Shown here one piece after another: positions 29,100 to 38,963 of a DNA stretch of 61,409 nucleotides. The first letter of the stretch is position 1. Every line of letters starts with the position of its first letter. Source of the stretch: Candidatus Kerfeldbacteria bacterium CG08_land_8_20_14_0_20_40_16. GTDB taxonomy: Bacteria; Patescibacteriota; Patescibacteriia; UM-FILTER-42-10. The stretch is from contig PEXU01000049.1 of NCBI GenBank assembly GCA_002774635.1, positions 1 through 61,409 on the forward strand, in the 5' to 3' direction. The notes beneath the pieces were generated by a model. That model did not search any database, was not told the origin of the DNA, and saw nothing but the letters and a program-made list of their open reading frames with translations. A program made the position numbers and the translations under genes.

Positions 29100-29132
29100 G
29101 TTGTTTTTTGAAAGAATTAGCTCCCTTTTATT

Positions 29133-31214
29133 CTACTCCTTATTTTCAAGATCTTCAATTAAGCTATTGGCAACATTTTTGGGCACTTCTGAAAAATGGG
29201 AAAATTCCATCGAATAGCTCGCCCGGCCCTGGGTCATGGAACGAAGGGTAGTAGCATATCCAAACATTTCTGCCAGCGGAACTTCGGCATCAATTATTTT
29301 TTGCTTCAGCCTATCTCTCATCTCCCTAATATGTGCCCGTTTAGAATTCAAATCTCCAATTACATCTCCCATAAAATTTTCAGGAGTGATTACTTCAATT
29401 TTCATAATTGGCTCTAACAAAATCGGATCCGCCCTTCTTACTGCCGTCTGTAAAGCCATTGAACCAGCAATTTTGAACGCCGCTTCCGATGAATCAACTT
29501 CATGATACGATCCGTCAGTTAGAGTAGCTTTTAAATCAACCAAGGGATAACCGGCCAATACTCCATTGTCCATTGCTTCTTTGGCCCCCTTTTCAATGGC
29601 CGGAATATATTCTGAGGGAATATTACCCCCCTTCACTTTGTCAACAAATTCAAATCCTTTTCCACGCTCTAACGGCTCAACCGTTAGATAACAATGGCCA
29701 TATTGTCCTCGGCCGCCGGATTGTCGAATGTATTTTCCTTCTCCTTGTGCTTCAGTTTTAATTGTTTCTTTGTAGGCTACCCGAGGCCTTCCTACGTTGG
29801 CTTCTACCTTAAATTCTCTTTTCATTCGATCCACAATCACCTCTAAATGTAATTCGCCCATTCCTGAAATAATGGTCTGGGCTGTTTCTTCATCAGTTTT
29901 GACTCGGAAAGTAGGATCTTCTTCCGCCAATTGAGCGAGGGAGAAAGCCAGTTTTTCTTGATCGGCTTTAGTTTTAGGTTCAATGGCAATGGAAATAACC
30001 GGTTCGGGGAAAGTAATTTTTTCTAAAACAATAGGGTGATCCAAGTCGCAAAGAGTGTCACCGGTAGTGGTTTTCTTTAATCCTACTGCCGCTGCGATGT
30101 CACCGGCATAAACTTCTTTAACATCCTCCCGATGATTGGCGTGCAGACGAACAATTCTGCTAATTCTTTCTTTATTGCCAGTGGTTGTATTTAATACGTA
30201 AGAACCGGCCGCAAGGATGCCAGAATAAACTCTAAAGAAAGTCAACTTACCAACAAAGGGATCGGCTGCTACTTTAAATGCTAGAGCAGCAAAAGGAACT
30301 TCATCTTTAGTTTCTCTAATCTCTTTTTCTTCAGTGTCTGGATTTTCTCCTTCTACGGCGGGAACATTCAAAGGTGAAGGGAGATAGTCGTTAACCGCGT
30401 CCAGCAAAAACTGGATTCCTTTGTTTTTAAGGGCCGAACCGGTTAAAATAGGCACGATTTTATATTCCATAGTTGCTTCACGAAGCGTCTTTTTTAAATC
30501 TCCGATTGGTATCTCTTTTCCCTCCAAGTATTGCTGCAGAAGATTTTCGTCATTTTCCACAATTGCTTCAATCAGCTTATGACGGTACTCCTCTACTTTT
30601 TCTTTCATATCTTCCGGCATGTCGGTTTCTTCCCATTCCTTACCCATTTCATCTTTATAGATTATGGCCTTCCTGGTAAGAAGGTCAATAACGCCCTTAA
30701 AATTTTCTTCTGCTCCGATAGGCAGTTGAATAGGATAGGCATTTTTAGTTAATCTTTCGTGAATAGAATCTAGATCGGCATAAAAATTAGCGCCCATCCG
30801 ATCCATTTTATTAATAAAACACAAACGGGGGACTTCATATTTATCAGCCTGATGCCATACTGTTTCTGATTGAGGCTCAACTCCAGCCACTCCATCAAAA
30901 ATCACTACCCCTCCATCCAGCACCCTTAAAGAGCGCTGTACTTCTACGGTAAAATCAATATGGCCGGGAGTATCAATAATATTGATCCGGTGGTCTTTCC
31001 AAAAGCAGGTGGTTGCGGCAGCCGTTATGGTTATTCCCCTTTCTTTCTCCTGTTCCATCCAGTCCATTTCGGCTTCTCCTTCATGCACTTCCCCTATTTT
31101 ATGTTTTTTTCCCGTATAATAAAGAATCCGTTCGGTAACGGTTGTTTTGCCCGCATCAATGTGGGCAATTATTCCTATATTCCGGGTCTTCTCAAGATTG
31201 TATTCTCTGGGCAT
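29133..31214 (-). CDS. fusA: Elongation factor G
   Basis: [33 protein letters not shown]; start at ATG 31214. Confidence 0.99.
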   Translation of the reverse strand: MPREYNLEKTRNIGIIAHIDAGKTTVTERILYYTGKKHKIGEVHEGEAEMDWMEQEKERGITITAAATTCFWKDHRINIIDTPGHIDFTVEVQRSLRVLDGGVVIFDGVAGVEPQSETVWHQADKYEVPRLCFINKMDRMGANFYADLDSIHERLTKNAYPIQLPIGAEENFKGVIDLLTRKAIIYKDEMGKEWEETDMPEDMKEKVEEYRHKLIEAIVENDENLLQQYLEGKEIPIGDLKKTLREATMEYKIVPILTGSALKNKGIQFLLDAVNDYLPSPLNVPAVEGENPDTEEKEIRETKDEVPFAALAFKVAADPFVGKLTFFRVYSGILAAGSYVLNTTTGNKERISRIVRLHANHREDVKEVYAGDIAAAVGLKKTTTGDTLCDLDHPIVLEKITFPEPVISIAIEPKTKADQEKLAFSLAQLAEEDPTFRVKTDEETAQTIISGMGELHLEVIVDRMKREFKVEANVGRPRVAYKETIKTEAQGEGKYIRQSGGRGQYGHCYLTVEPLERGKGFEFVDKVKGGNIPSEYIPAIEKGAKEAMDNGVLAGYPLVDLKATLTDGSYHEVDSSEAAFKIAGSMALQTAVRRADPILLEPIMKIEVITPENFMGDVIGDLNSKRAHIREMRDRLKQKIIDAEVPLAEMFGYATTLRSMTQGRASYSMEFSHFSEVPKNVANSLIEDLENKE

Positions 31215-31337
31215 CTTCAAAAATTTATAATAATGAGCACTAAGTAACAAAATTTGAATTGCTAGCCAAAGTTATTAGTTACTGATTACCGTTCAATTTA
31301 CTGAAATTATACATTATAAATTTTAAATTATAAATTA

Positions 31338-31802
31338 TTATGCGAAGTGGGCGAAGGCGCGGTTAGCTTCGGCCATGCGATGCACATCTTCCTTCTTTTT
31401 AATTGCTGCCCCTTGCTGATTAGCGGCATCCGTTAGCTCCTGTGCCAATTTTTCCTGCATTGGTTTTCCTTTTTTTTCTTTGGCCGCCTTAATAATCCAA
31501 CGCATTGCCAGAGTTGTCCGTCGTTCTCCTTTTACCTCCACTGGTATCTGATAGTTCGCCCCCCCGATTCTTCGGGCTTTCACCTCAACGACCGGAGAGA
31601 CATTCTTAATCGCCTGATCAAAGACATCCAAGGGGTCTTTCTTTATCTTTTCTTTAATTGTATCCAAAGCACCATAAACAATCCTTTCGGCAGTCGATTT
31701 TTTGCCGCGACGCATAATGTGATTAATAAATTTAGCAATAATAATGCTGCTATACTTAAAATCAGGTTGAATCTTTCTTTTTGGTGCTTTCTTTCCGCGC
31801 AT
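31338..31802 (-). CDS. rpsG: 30S ribosomal protein uS7
   Basis: [28 protein letters not shown]. Confidence 0.98.
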   Translation of the reverse strand: MRGKKAPKRKIQPDFKYSSIIIAKFINHIMRRGKKSTAERIVYGALDTIKEKIKKDPLDVFDQAIKNVSPVVEVKARRIGGANYQIPVEVKGERRTTLAMRWIIKAAKEKKGKPMQEKLAQELTDAANQQGAAIKKKEDVHRMAEANRAFAHFA

Positions 31803-31812
31803 CTATTTAATA

Positions 31813-32244
31813 TTAACTTTCTTTTTTAACCTTTTCCTTTTTCGCTCCATAAAGACTGCGACCTTGCTTTCTACCTTCCACCCCTTGGGTATCATAAACT
31901 CCTCTAACAACATGATAGCGCACTCCGGGTAAATCCTTTACTCTTCCGCCCCTGATCATAACTATGGAATGTTCTTGAAGATTGTGGCCAATTCCGGGAA
32001 TATAGGCCGTAACTTCCATACCATTAGAAAGCTTAACGCGGGCTATCTTTCGGAGAGCGGAATTAGGTTTTTTAGGAGTGGTAGTAGTTACCTTAACACA
32101 GATTCCCTGTTTAAAAGGTGAACCTTTGGGTAGTTTGCTTCGTTTTCTTTTTAGAGGATTTAAAGTAGTCTCTAGAGCAGGAGTCTTGGATTTCTTTTTC
32201 TGACTTTTTCGTCCTCTTTTTACTAATTGGTTTATAGTTGGCAT
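31813..32244 (-). CDS. rpsL: 30S ribosomal protein uS12
   Basis: [26 protein letters not shown]. Confidence 0.98.
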   Translation of the reverse strand: MPTINQLVKRGRKSQKKKSKTPALETTLNPLKRKRSKLPKGSPFKQGICVKVTTTTPKKPNSALRKIARVKLSNGMEVTAYIPGIGHNLQEHSIVMIRGGRVKDLPGVRYHVVRGVYDTQGVEGRKQGRSLYGAKKEKVKKES

Positions 32245-32287
32245 TTAGGATAAAAAAAATAATCTTGCTTAAGATATTTTCAAATAA

Positions 32288-32316
32288 AGTCTAGCAAATA
32301 TGGATAAATACGTCAA
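32288..32316 (-). promoter_or_regulatory. Probable sigma70 promoter of the str operon
   Basis: TTGACG-17 nt-TAGACT on the minus strand. Confidence 0.6.
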
Positions 32317-32439
32317 TGAGCTAAAGCTTAAGATGGCCTAAGAAGACAAAAAAGGCTAATCGGGGCTTGTTTCCAAGGTTTTCCTCTACCCTTCTTCAGC
32401 CTCTACTGTTCTCTTTTACTTCCTGATAAAAACGAGACT

Positions 32440-33078
32440 CTACCCAAAAACTCTAAAAATTAGATCGGAAGCGACTTGAAAAACAGAGGCGAAAATAGAA
32501 AGACCAAAAAAACTATCCAAAACAATAAGCCCTAAAAGCAATAAAGGGCCCGAGCGTTCGAACGACCGCTTAAAACTATCGGCGGAAGGGGGCAAAAAAG
32601 CATATAAAATGTGATGACCATCTAAGGGAGGAATGGGTATTAAATTAAAAACTCCCAGAATTAGGTTAATCTGAATCAAAGCAACCAGAAAGATGGCCAG
32701 CATATTACCCGTATCCAAGCTTGTATAAGCCAGTAAGAGTTTGAGAGTAAAACCAAAAATGAACATGGCAATAAAATTAGACAGTGGCCCTAATAAAGAA
32801 ATAATCACCGGCCCCCAGCGACGATACCTAATATTAAAAGGATTATAAACAACTGGTTTTCCCCAGCCAAAACCGGCAAAAAGTAAAACCATGAATCCCA
32901 AAAAATCCAGATGAGCTAGGGGATTAAGCGTTAAGCGACCATCATATTTGGGGGTTCGATCACCTAAGAGAGTTGCTCCAAAGGCATGAGAAAACTCATG
33001 AATTGTTATGCCAAATATAATAGCCATAATCCAGGCTAGAAATATCGCGGGTTCCCTAAAAAGAAGGCTAAGAATCAT
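32440..33078 (-). CDS. Site-2 protease (M50) family membrane metalloprotease
   Basis: HEFSH, NPLAH, GPLSN, NLIPIPPLDG. Confidence 0.92.
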   Translation of the reverse strand: MILSLLFREPAIFLAWIMAIIFGITIHEFSHAFGATLLGDRTPKYDGRLTLNPLAHLDFLGFMVLLFAGFGWGKPVVYNPFNIRYRRWGPVIISLLGPLSNFIAMFIFGFTLKLLLAYTSLDTGNMLAIFLVALIQINLILGVFNLIPIPPLDGHHILYAFLPPSADSFKRSFERSGPLLLLGLIVLDSFFGLSIFASVFQVASDLIFRVFG

Positions 33079-33168
33079 TTTTTTCTTGATTTAGTAAAAA
33101 GAATATGTTAATCTTATATAGAACTTTTAAGAGTTTTCTTTTTTATCCTTAATTCTGTGAAAAAAACT

Positions 33169-33345
33169 ATGGGCCGATTTTGTCAAATTTGTGGGAGAGG
33201 CGCACTCACCAGTGTCTCAAGAAGTCATTCTAACATCGCTACTAAAAGACGGCAATATTTGAATTTACAAAAAACCGTTTATCAAGGAAAAAGAGTAAAA
33301 GCTTGTGCTCGCTGTATTAAAAGCCAAACTAAAATAAAAAAATAA
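33169..33345 (+). CDS. rpmB: 50S ribosomal protein bL28
   Basis: CQICG, RSHS..TKRRQYLNLQ, CARCIK. Confidence 0.92.
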   Translation: MGRFCQICGRGALTSVSRSHSNIATKRRQYLNLQKTVYQGKRVKACARCIKSQTKIKK

Positions 33346-33439
33346 TTTTTTGTGCTTTTGTCAAGAATAGGAACACCCCAATGCTAAGCATTAGGGCTTG
33401 TTTTATTATTTAAAATGTAGATAACAGCATGTCCTGCAC

Positions 33440-33469
33440 GCCGTAGTCCCGTGGACGCGGGACGAAGGC
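33440..33469. repeat. REP-like hairpin (GCCGTAG-hairpin-CGAAGGC)
   Basis: GCCGTAGTCCCGTGGACGCGGGACGAAGGC; same frame as 2324-2343; flanked by GCATGTC direct repeats. Confidence 0.6.
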
Positions 33470-33540
33470 ATGTCAACCTGAACACTTGCTTCGAAAGTAC
33501 AGAGGATTAAGGAAATCCTTTTCTTAAAAGGATTTTTGTT

Positions 33541-34365
33541 TTATTTTGCCTGTTTCGAAAAAGGAGATTCAATCCTTGCTTGATCAAACTCTTTTTTTAT
33601 CCGTTTTCTTAATTCTCGGGTCAGATCCCATTGTCTAAGGGATTTTGTTTTTCCTAAAATCTTAAAAACAATTACTGACCCTTCAAATTTATCTAGGCCT
33701 AATACTGTCGGCGCTTCAAGAAAAAAATCTCTGTATTCAGGATCCTGATGTAATTCCTGACTAATCTTATTGAGCAGGCCGACTACTTGATCAGGATCAG
33801 CGCTAGAGGAAACGGGCACATCTAAATTTATGCGGGACCAGTCTTTAGTAAGATTAGAAGCTGTCTTTATCTCGCTATTGGGGATGTGATGTTGTATGCC
33901 ATCAAGATCTCTTAAAACAGTTCTTCTTAAATTCAAACTTTCCACCACTCCTGATTTATCCCCTATTTTTACCACGTCGCCGATTCCATACTGATCTTCA
34001 ATGATAATAAATAAACCGGACAAAAAATCACGCACTAGATTTTGAGAACCGAATCCTATGGCTAATCCGATAATCCCTGCTCCAGCCAGAAGAGGTGCTA
34101 TTTCTATTCCTACCTCTGGCAGAATCATAAGCAAAACGATAACCGATAGCACTAAAGTGGACGTAGTATTAAAAACATTAGAAAGGGTTTTTGCTCTTTC
34201 CTTAATTTCTCTAGCATCACGATTTTTTTGCTTCCTGACTACAAATCTTCCGATCGCTTTATCAGCATAACGATCAATCAATCGATCCACTACAATTGCC
34301 AGCAGAATTATGATCACAATTTTTATTCCGTGATCTTTAAGCCAAGATATAATCGCTTCATTCAT
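33541..34365 (-). CDS. mscS: Small-conductance mechanosensitive channel family protein
   Basis: GLAIGFGSQNLVRDFLSG, GDVV, IPNS. Confidence 0.9.
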   Translation of the reverse strand: MNEAIISWLKDHGIKIVIIILLAIVVDRLIDRYADKAIGRFVVRKQKNRDAREIKERAKTLSNVFNTTSTLVLSVIVLLMILPEVGIEIAPLLAGAGIIGLAIGFGSQNLVRDFLSGLFIIIEDQYGIGDVVKIGDKSGVVESLNLRRTVLRDLDGIQHHIPNSEIKTASNLTKDWSRINLDVPVSSSADPDQVVGLLNKISQELHQDPEYRDFFLEAPTVLGLDKFEGSVIVFKILGKTKSLRQWDLTRELRKRIKKEFDQARIESPFSKQAK

Positions 34366-34422
34366 ATAGATAAAATAACATATAAGCTTTAGGATTGAAA
34401 GAATAGATATCTTCTAAGCTTC

Positions 34423-37116
34423 TTATCTTTTATTCCTAAGAATAAAAATATGCTTGGTTAATTCAATTAGAACAATGATTATAACACAAGCGATGCCAAT
34501 AATCACCCAATCTTCAAATCGGAGAGCAACTGTTCTAAAAACCTTTTGGAGAGGCGAAAAATAAACAGCCATTAACTGCATAATAAATCCGGTCAGCACA
34601 GCATAAATAAGATAACGATTTGAGGAAAACTTTTCGACAAAAACTGAATGACGAAGTGACCTTATGCTAAAAACATAAAACAAAGTACTAACCGCAAAAA
34701 AAGTAAAAATGATTGTTTGCACTCTAACCAACTCCCAACCATTTCGGATTAAAAATAAAAACAATAATAAACTCCCCAAACCTAGAACCACGCTGATTAA
34801 TAACGTTAGTATCTTCATCTCTTTGGTAAAAAAGTTCTGATTATGACCTAGGGGTTTTTCGGTCATTATCTCTTTTTCTTCAGGATCAAACGTTAAAGCA
34901 ATACTCGGAAAACTGTCATCAATTAAATTTATCCAGAGAATCTGAGAAGCAAGTAAGGGGAGGGGGAAATCTTTCACAAAAAAAGCATTAATTATAATTG
35001 CGCCCGTTATAAGTATCATCTCGGATAAACTATCGGATAAAAGATAAAGAATTACCTTCTTAATATTATTAAAAATAATTCTTCCTTCTCTCACTGCCGC
35101 AACGATAGTCCTGAAATTATCATCAAGAATTACCATATCAGAAGTCTCTTTGGCCACATCAGAACCGGAACCGAGGGCAATTCCTATATCTGCTGTCTTA
35201 AGGGCGGGAGCATCATTAACACCATCTCCGGTCATCGCTACCACCTCTCCTTTTTCTTGCCAAGCATCAACAATTTGCAGTTTATCTTTTGGAGTTACTC
35301 GAGCATAAACAGAAATATCTCTAATTCGTTTTACTAACTCTTTATGGGTAAGTTTTACTAAATCTTTTCCTTCTAAGATATTTTCGGCTTTGCTTTTTAG
35401 GCCTAATTCCTTAGCAATTGCCTGCGCCGTTAATTTATGATCACCCGTTATCATCACAATATTGATTCCGGCCTTCTTACATAACTCGATAGTTTCTTTT
35501 GTTTTCTTACGTAGAGGATCTTTTATGCCGACAAATCCTAAGAATATGAATTGATCTGATAATTCCTTTAACTGCTTTAGATTACCTAGATTTTCTGCCT
35601 TTGAATTAACTAATTGATAGCCAAAAGCTAAAGTTCTTAATCCCGTTCTGCTCATTTCTTCAAATTCATTTTGGAACTTCTTCTTTAAAGAAAGACTCAT
35701 TGGCTTAATAGCTTTGCCATTTTGAATTCGCTTAGACATTTCGAGAACCTTTTCGGGTGCTCCTTTTAGATAAATAACTTTCTTATCTTTTTGTTGATGG
35801 AGAGTCAACATATATTTCTTATCAGAATCAAATGGAATTTCATCTAAACAAGGTTCTTCTTTTTCTAAATCTTCTCGATAAAAGCCTAATCTGGCTCCCA
35901 CGGAAAGAAGAGACTTTTCAGTAGGATTACCGATCATTTTCCATTTTGAAAATTCATCCTGCGGATTCTGAATTACAGCGTCATTGCTAAGAACCCCGAT
36001 TTTAAACAGCAGTACCAATTCCATGCTTTCTTTAATCTGCGGAGTGCTAGCATAATGCTGTGCCGGAGAAAGATCATGATTCAGGGTAACTAATTTTGAT
36101 ACCCGCATATCTCCTTCGGTTAAAGTACCTGTTTTATCAACACAGATCACGGTTGTAGAACCAAGGGTTTCCGCGGCAACCAATTTCTTAACTAAGGCTT
36201 TTTGCTTTAAAATCCTCTGCATCCCTACTGCTAGAATGGCAGTCACAGCAATCACTAACCCTTCCGGTATGGCAGAAATTGCTATAGCCACCGAGGTAAT
36301 AAAGATCTGAGTAAAACCAATCCCTTCTATTACTCCAATGAGAAAAATCACGAATGACACTCCTATCGTGATATAACCTAATAAACGACTGAAATGATCT
36401 AACTTTTTCTGAAAGGGAGTTCTTTCTTCCGAAGTTTCTCTGATTAAAGTTGCTATTTTTCCCAGCTCAGTATTAACTCCTGTATCGGTAACCACGAATT
36501 CCCCTACTCCGGTAACTACTACCGTACCCATAAACACCATATTTTTTTGTTCTGCGATAACCAAATCATTTTTCAGTTGATCAGTTATTTTTTTAACTGG
36601 AATTGATTCGCCAGTCAGGCTTGCTTCATTTACTTCAAAATTTTTGCTGAAAATGAGACGTCCATCAGCAGGGACTTTATCGCCCGCTTTAAGCAACACT
36701 ACATCTCCGGGCACCAATTCTTCTGCTTTAATTTCTTTTTCCCGACCATTTCTTATTACTCGGGCATAAAAAGTGATTACTTTTTTCAATGTTTCCATTG
36801 CCTTTACCGCTTTGTATTCCTGAATAAAACCAACCGCTACGTTTACCAAAACAGCGGCTAAAATGACATACATATCAATCAAATCCTCAAGAAAAAAGCT
36901 GATTAGGGCTGCCCCCAGTAAAATATAGACTAATGAATTTTTAAATTGATTGACCAATAAAAAAAACCACGGGATCATCTTTTCTTCCGGCAGTTTATTA
37001 AGACCGTGGTGTTTTAATCTTGATTTAGCCTCAATATCCGATAAACCCTCTTTTTTGGTTTTAAAAGCTTTTAGTACTTCTTCTATCGACTGACTAAAAT
37101 ACTTTTTCTTCGGCAT
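34423..37116 (-). CDS. P-type cation-transporting ATPase (type II, Ca2+-ATPase-like)
   Basis: TGES, PEGL, DKTGTLT, KGAPE, TGDGVNDAPAL. Confidence 0.94.
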   Translation of the reverse strand: MPKKKYFSQSIEEVLKAFKTKKEGLSDIEAKSRLKHHGLNKLPEEKMIPWFFLLVNQFKNSLVYILLGAALISFFLEDLIDMYVILAAVLVNVAVGFIQEYKAVKAMETLKKVITFYARVIRNGREKEIKAEELVPGDVVLLKAGDKVPADGRLIFSKNFEVNEASLTGESIPVKKITDQLKNDLVIAEQKNMVFMGTVVVTGVGEFVVTDTGVNTELGKIATLIRETSEERTPFQKKLDHFSRLLGYITIGVSFVIFLIGVIEGIGFTQIFITSVAIAISAIPEGLVIAVTAILAVGMQRILKQKALVKKLVAAETLGSTTVICVDKTGTLTEGDMRVSKLVTLNHDLSPAQHYASTPQIKESMELVLLFKIGVLSNDAVIQNPQDEFSKWKMIGNPTEKSLLSVGARLGFYREDLEKEEPCLDEIPFDSDKKYMLTLHQQKDKKVIYLKGAPEKVLEMSKRIQNGKAIKPMSLSLKKKFQNEFEEMSRTGLRTLAFGYQLVNSKAENLGNLKQLKELSDQFIFLGFVGIKDPLRKKTKETIELCKKAGINIVMITGDHKLTAQAIAKELGLKSKAENILEGKDLVKLTHKELVKRIRDISVYARVTPKDKLQIVDAWQEKGEVVAMTGDGVNDAPALKTADIGIALGSGSDVAKETSDMVILDDNFRTIVAAVREGRIIFNNIKKVILYLLSDSLSEMILITGAIIINAFFVKDFPLPLLASQILWINLIDDSFPSIALTFDPEEKEIMTEKPLGHNQNFFTKEMKILTLLISVVLGLGSLLLFLFLIRNGWELVRVQTIIFTFFAVSTLFYVFSIRSLRHSVFVEKFSSNRYLIYAVLTGFIMQLMAVYFSPLQKVFRTVALRFEDWVIIGIACVIIIVLIELTKHIFILRNKR

Positions 37117-37389
37117 GTTTTAAATTATAACATAAAAAGACCTAAAAACAAAAACACTTTTTCTAGTGTTTTTAGATTGAACTGTTATCTATTAAGCTTC
37201 GGTAATCCTCTCGCACTTCTTAGCCAAATCTTCCAGCCGCCACTCTGCTTTAATTAAATACTCTGCGCCTTGTGCTTCTGAAGCTCCGCTAAGAATATAG
37301 GAGTACTTGATAAAATTGTGTTGACAAAAATTATTTATTGACTTAGGATAGTTCTATTACTGTTCTTTTACTTGACCGTTCTTTGAATT

Positions 37390-37605
37390 ATGGCGGAGGA
37401 AACGATGAGTAAAGTTAAAGAAATAAAATGGCCGCAAAAATTAATTCTATCTTGTGGCTGTTGTAACAGATCAACCCGCTGGCTTTCAGTGGATGGAAAA
37501 TGTTTTGATTGCACCAAAGAGACGACAAAAGGAAAAAGAGTAATTATTGTCACGGCCATCGATAATTTCAAAGGTGCTAATGATTTGAGTGACGAGGAAG
37601 ATTAA
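37390..37605 (+). CDS. Small hypothetical protein, possible Zn-binding (CGCC...CFDC)
   Basis: Open frame with Cys pairs, a GGAGG before the second ATG, and a downstream hairpin terminator. Confidence 0.45.
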   Translation: MAEETMSKVKEIKWPQKLILSCGCCNRSTRWLSVDGKCFDCTKETTKGKRVIIVTAIDNFKGANDLSDEED

Positions 37606-37737
37606 CTTTCTTTTTGGTTCAAAAAACCACTCCTTGGGGTGGTTTATTTTTTTATCAATAGGTTGCCTTAAAATTACTCTCCAAAACTAGTGGCTTAGGA
37701 CTTTATAACCATTTATTTTATAGTCTTGGGTCGGGGT

Positions 37738-38128
37738 TGGTCGGGGATACTGGACCCCGTACCACTTTCACTTCGTTCAAGTGTACGGGGCAGGCTTGTC
37801 CCACTTTAGCGGGATGCCGCCTTCTTTGTATTTTCTCATTAAGGTGGCGGCAAACCGGCGGCCTTCCCGCTTCGCGGGACAGGCACGCACCCTTCTCACA
37901 TCTGGTCGGGGATGCCGGACTTGAACCGGCGGCCTCATGCACCCCATGCATGCGCGCTAGCCAACTGCGCCAATCCCCGGACCAGATGTGAGAATGTACT
38001 AAAGGCATCTTACAGTAGCGCCTTTACCCGCCGAATCCGCTAAACGGCGGAGTAGGCGGGCCATGCATGCGCGCTAGCCCCGCCTGCAATGCCTGGCACT
38101 GGCGGGCAGGCAACTGCGCCAATCCCCG
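37738..38128 (-). pseudogene. Ghost tRNA-Pro split into six pieces by five insertions
   Basis: Pieces 37738-37754, 37795-37798, 37853-37864, 37884-37892, 38061-38079 and 38111-38128 rebuild the tRNA with 3 substitutions. Confidence 0.85.
37903..37979 (-). tRNA. tRNA-Pro(GGG), CCA encoded
   Basis: CGGGGAT-TG-GCGC..GCGC-G-CATGC-ATGGGGT-GCATG-AGGCC-GCCGG-TTCAAGT-CCGGC-ATCCCCG-ACCA. Confidence 0.95.
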
Positions 38129-38269
38129 ACGTTCATAATATATAGTAAAACCGGGATCTAGACAAATGAAAAAGTTTATAACAAGATCAATTTCTTTTCA
38201 GAAGTATCCGAGTGTTTCAAAACTCGCATAATAAATGCCGGCAAAACTTGCCGGCTGATTTTTTAACTC

Positions 38270-38677
38270 TTATTCCCGTCTCAACCAACTGATTGCTTCT
38301 TTCTGATTGATAAAATCATTTACTTTTTTCTTTCCGGCTAAAGTAAATAAACTCTTTGCTATCGATACATGAAAGTGACTGGTACCAGCGATAGCGATTT
38401 TATTAATTCTATTATGATGCAATAAATTCACGTAGATCCCTCTTGCTTTTGAAGAAGGGGGAACTTTGAGTGTTTTTAAGGACGTTAGGTCAAGTAAAAC
38501 ATTTACAGTTTTAGAAGGGTTCTGATTAAAAATATTTTCCACGGCGCTCGTGATCAGCTTAGCCACAAGGACACTTTCTTCTTTATCGGAAGATTCATTA
38601 AATATAGTTAAATTAAGTATTCCGTTTTCATCCCAAAACAGTTTAAAGGTTTTCCGGATCTCTTCTTCAGATTTCAT
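38270..38677 (-). CDS. STAS/SEC14 (SpoIIAA-like) domain protein
   Basis: VLLDLTSL..SKARG..KIAIAG..F.NQKEAISWL pattern. Confidence 0.75.
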   Translation of the reverse strand: MKSEEEIRKTFKLFWDENGILNLTIFNESSDKEESVLVAKLITSAVENIFNQNPSKTVNVLLDLTSLKTLKVPPSSKARGIYVNLLHHNRINKIAIAGTSHFHVSIAKSLFTLAGKKKVNDFINQKEAISWLRRE

Positions 38678-38694
38678 AAAGAAGAATAAAGAGT

Positions 38695-38866
38695 GTGAGG
38701 TTCTACCCTTCAGAATCAGCTAATCGCACTGGGTGGGTGCCTACCACTTTATCCCACGGAACGAAACAATATTAAGCTCCTAATGTGATAATCCTGCGAA
38801 CCGGATTAAATTGATTTTTAAAGAGTAGGGCACATCTAGTATATGCCAATATTTTTTTTCTGGCAA
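38695..38866 (-). promoter_or_regulatory. Sigma70 promoter and structured leader of about 150 nt
   Basis: TTGCCA (38861-38866)-17 nt-TATACT (38838-38843); long stem 38804-38828 pairing with 38703-38725. Confidence 0.55.
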
Positions 38867-38963
38867 TTGAAAAATAGAAAAAGCCCACTAAACATAACAG
38901 TTCAGTAGGTCTATTCTTAAGTTTGATTATTTGGTTGCTAAAAAGTAAAACTCAGAAAGCTGA

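Noticed and set aside
14683..31247. Many + strand ORFs antisense to ribosomal and translation genes
   Set aside because: Typical antisense shadows of conserved genes with no independent signals
37718..38008. ORFs 37718-38008 and 37737-37991
   Set aside because: Shadow frames over tRNA-Pro and hairpin inserts
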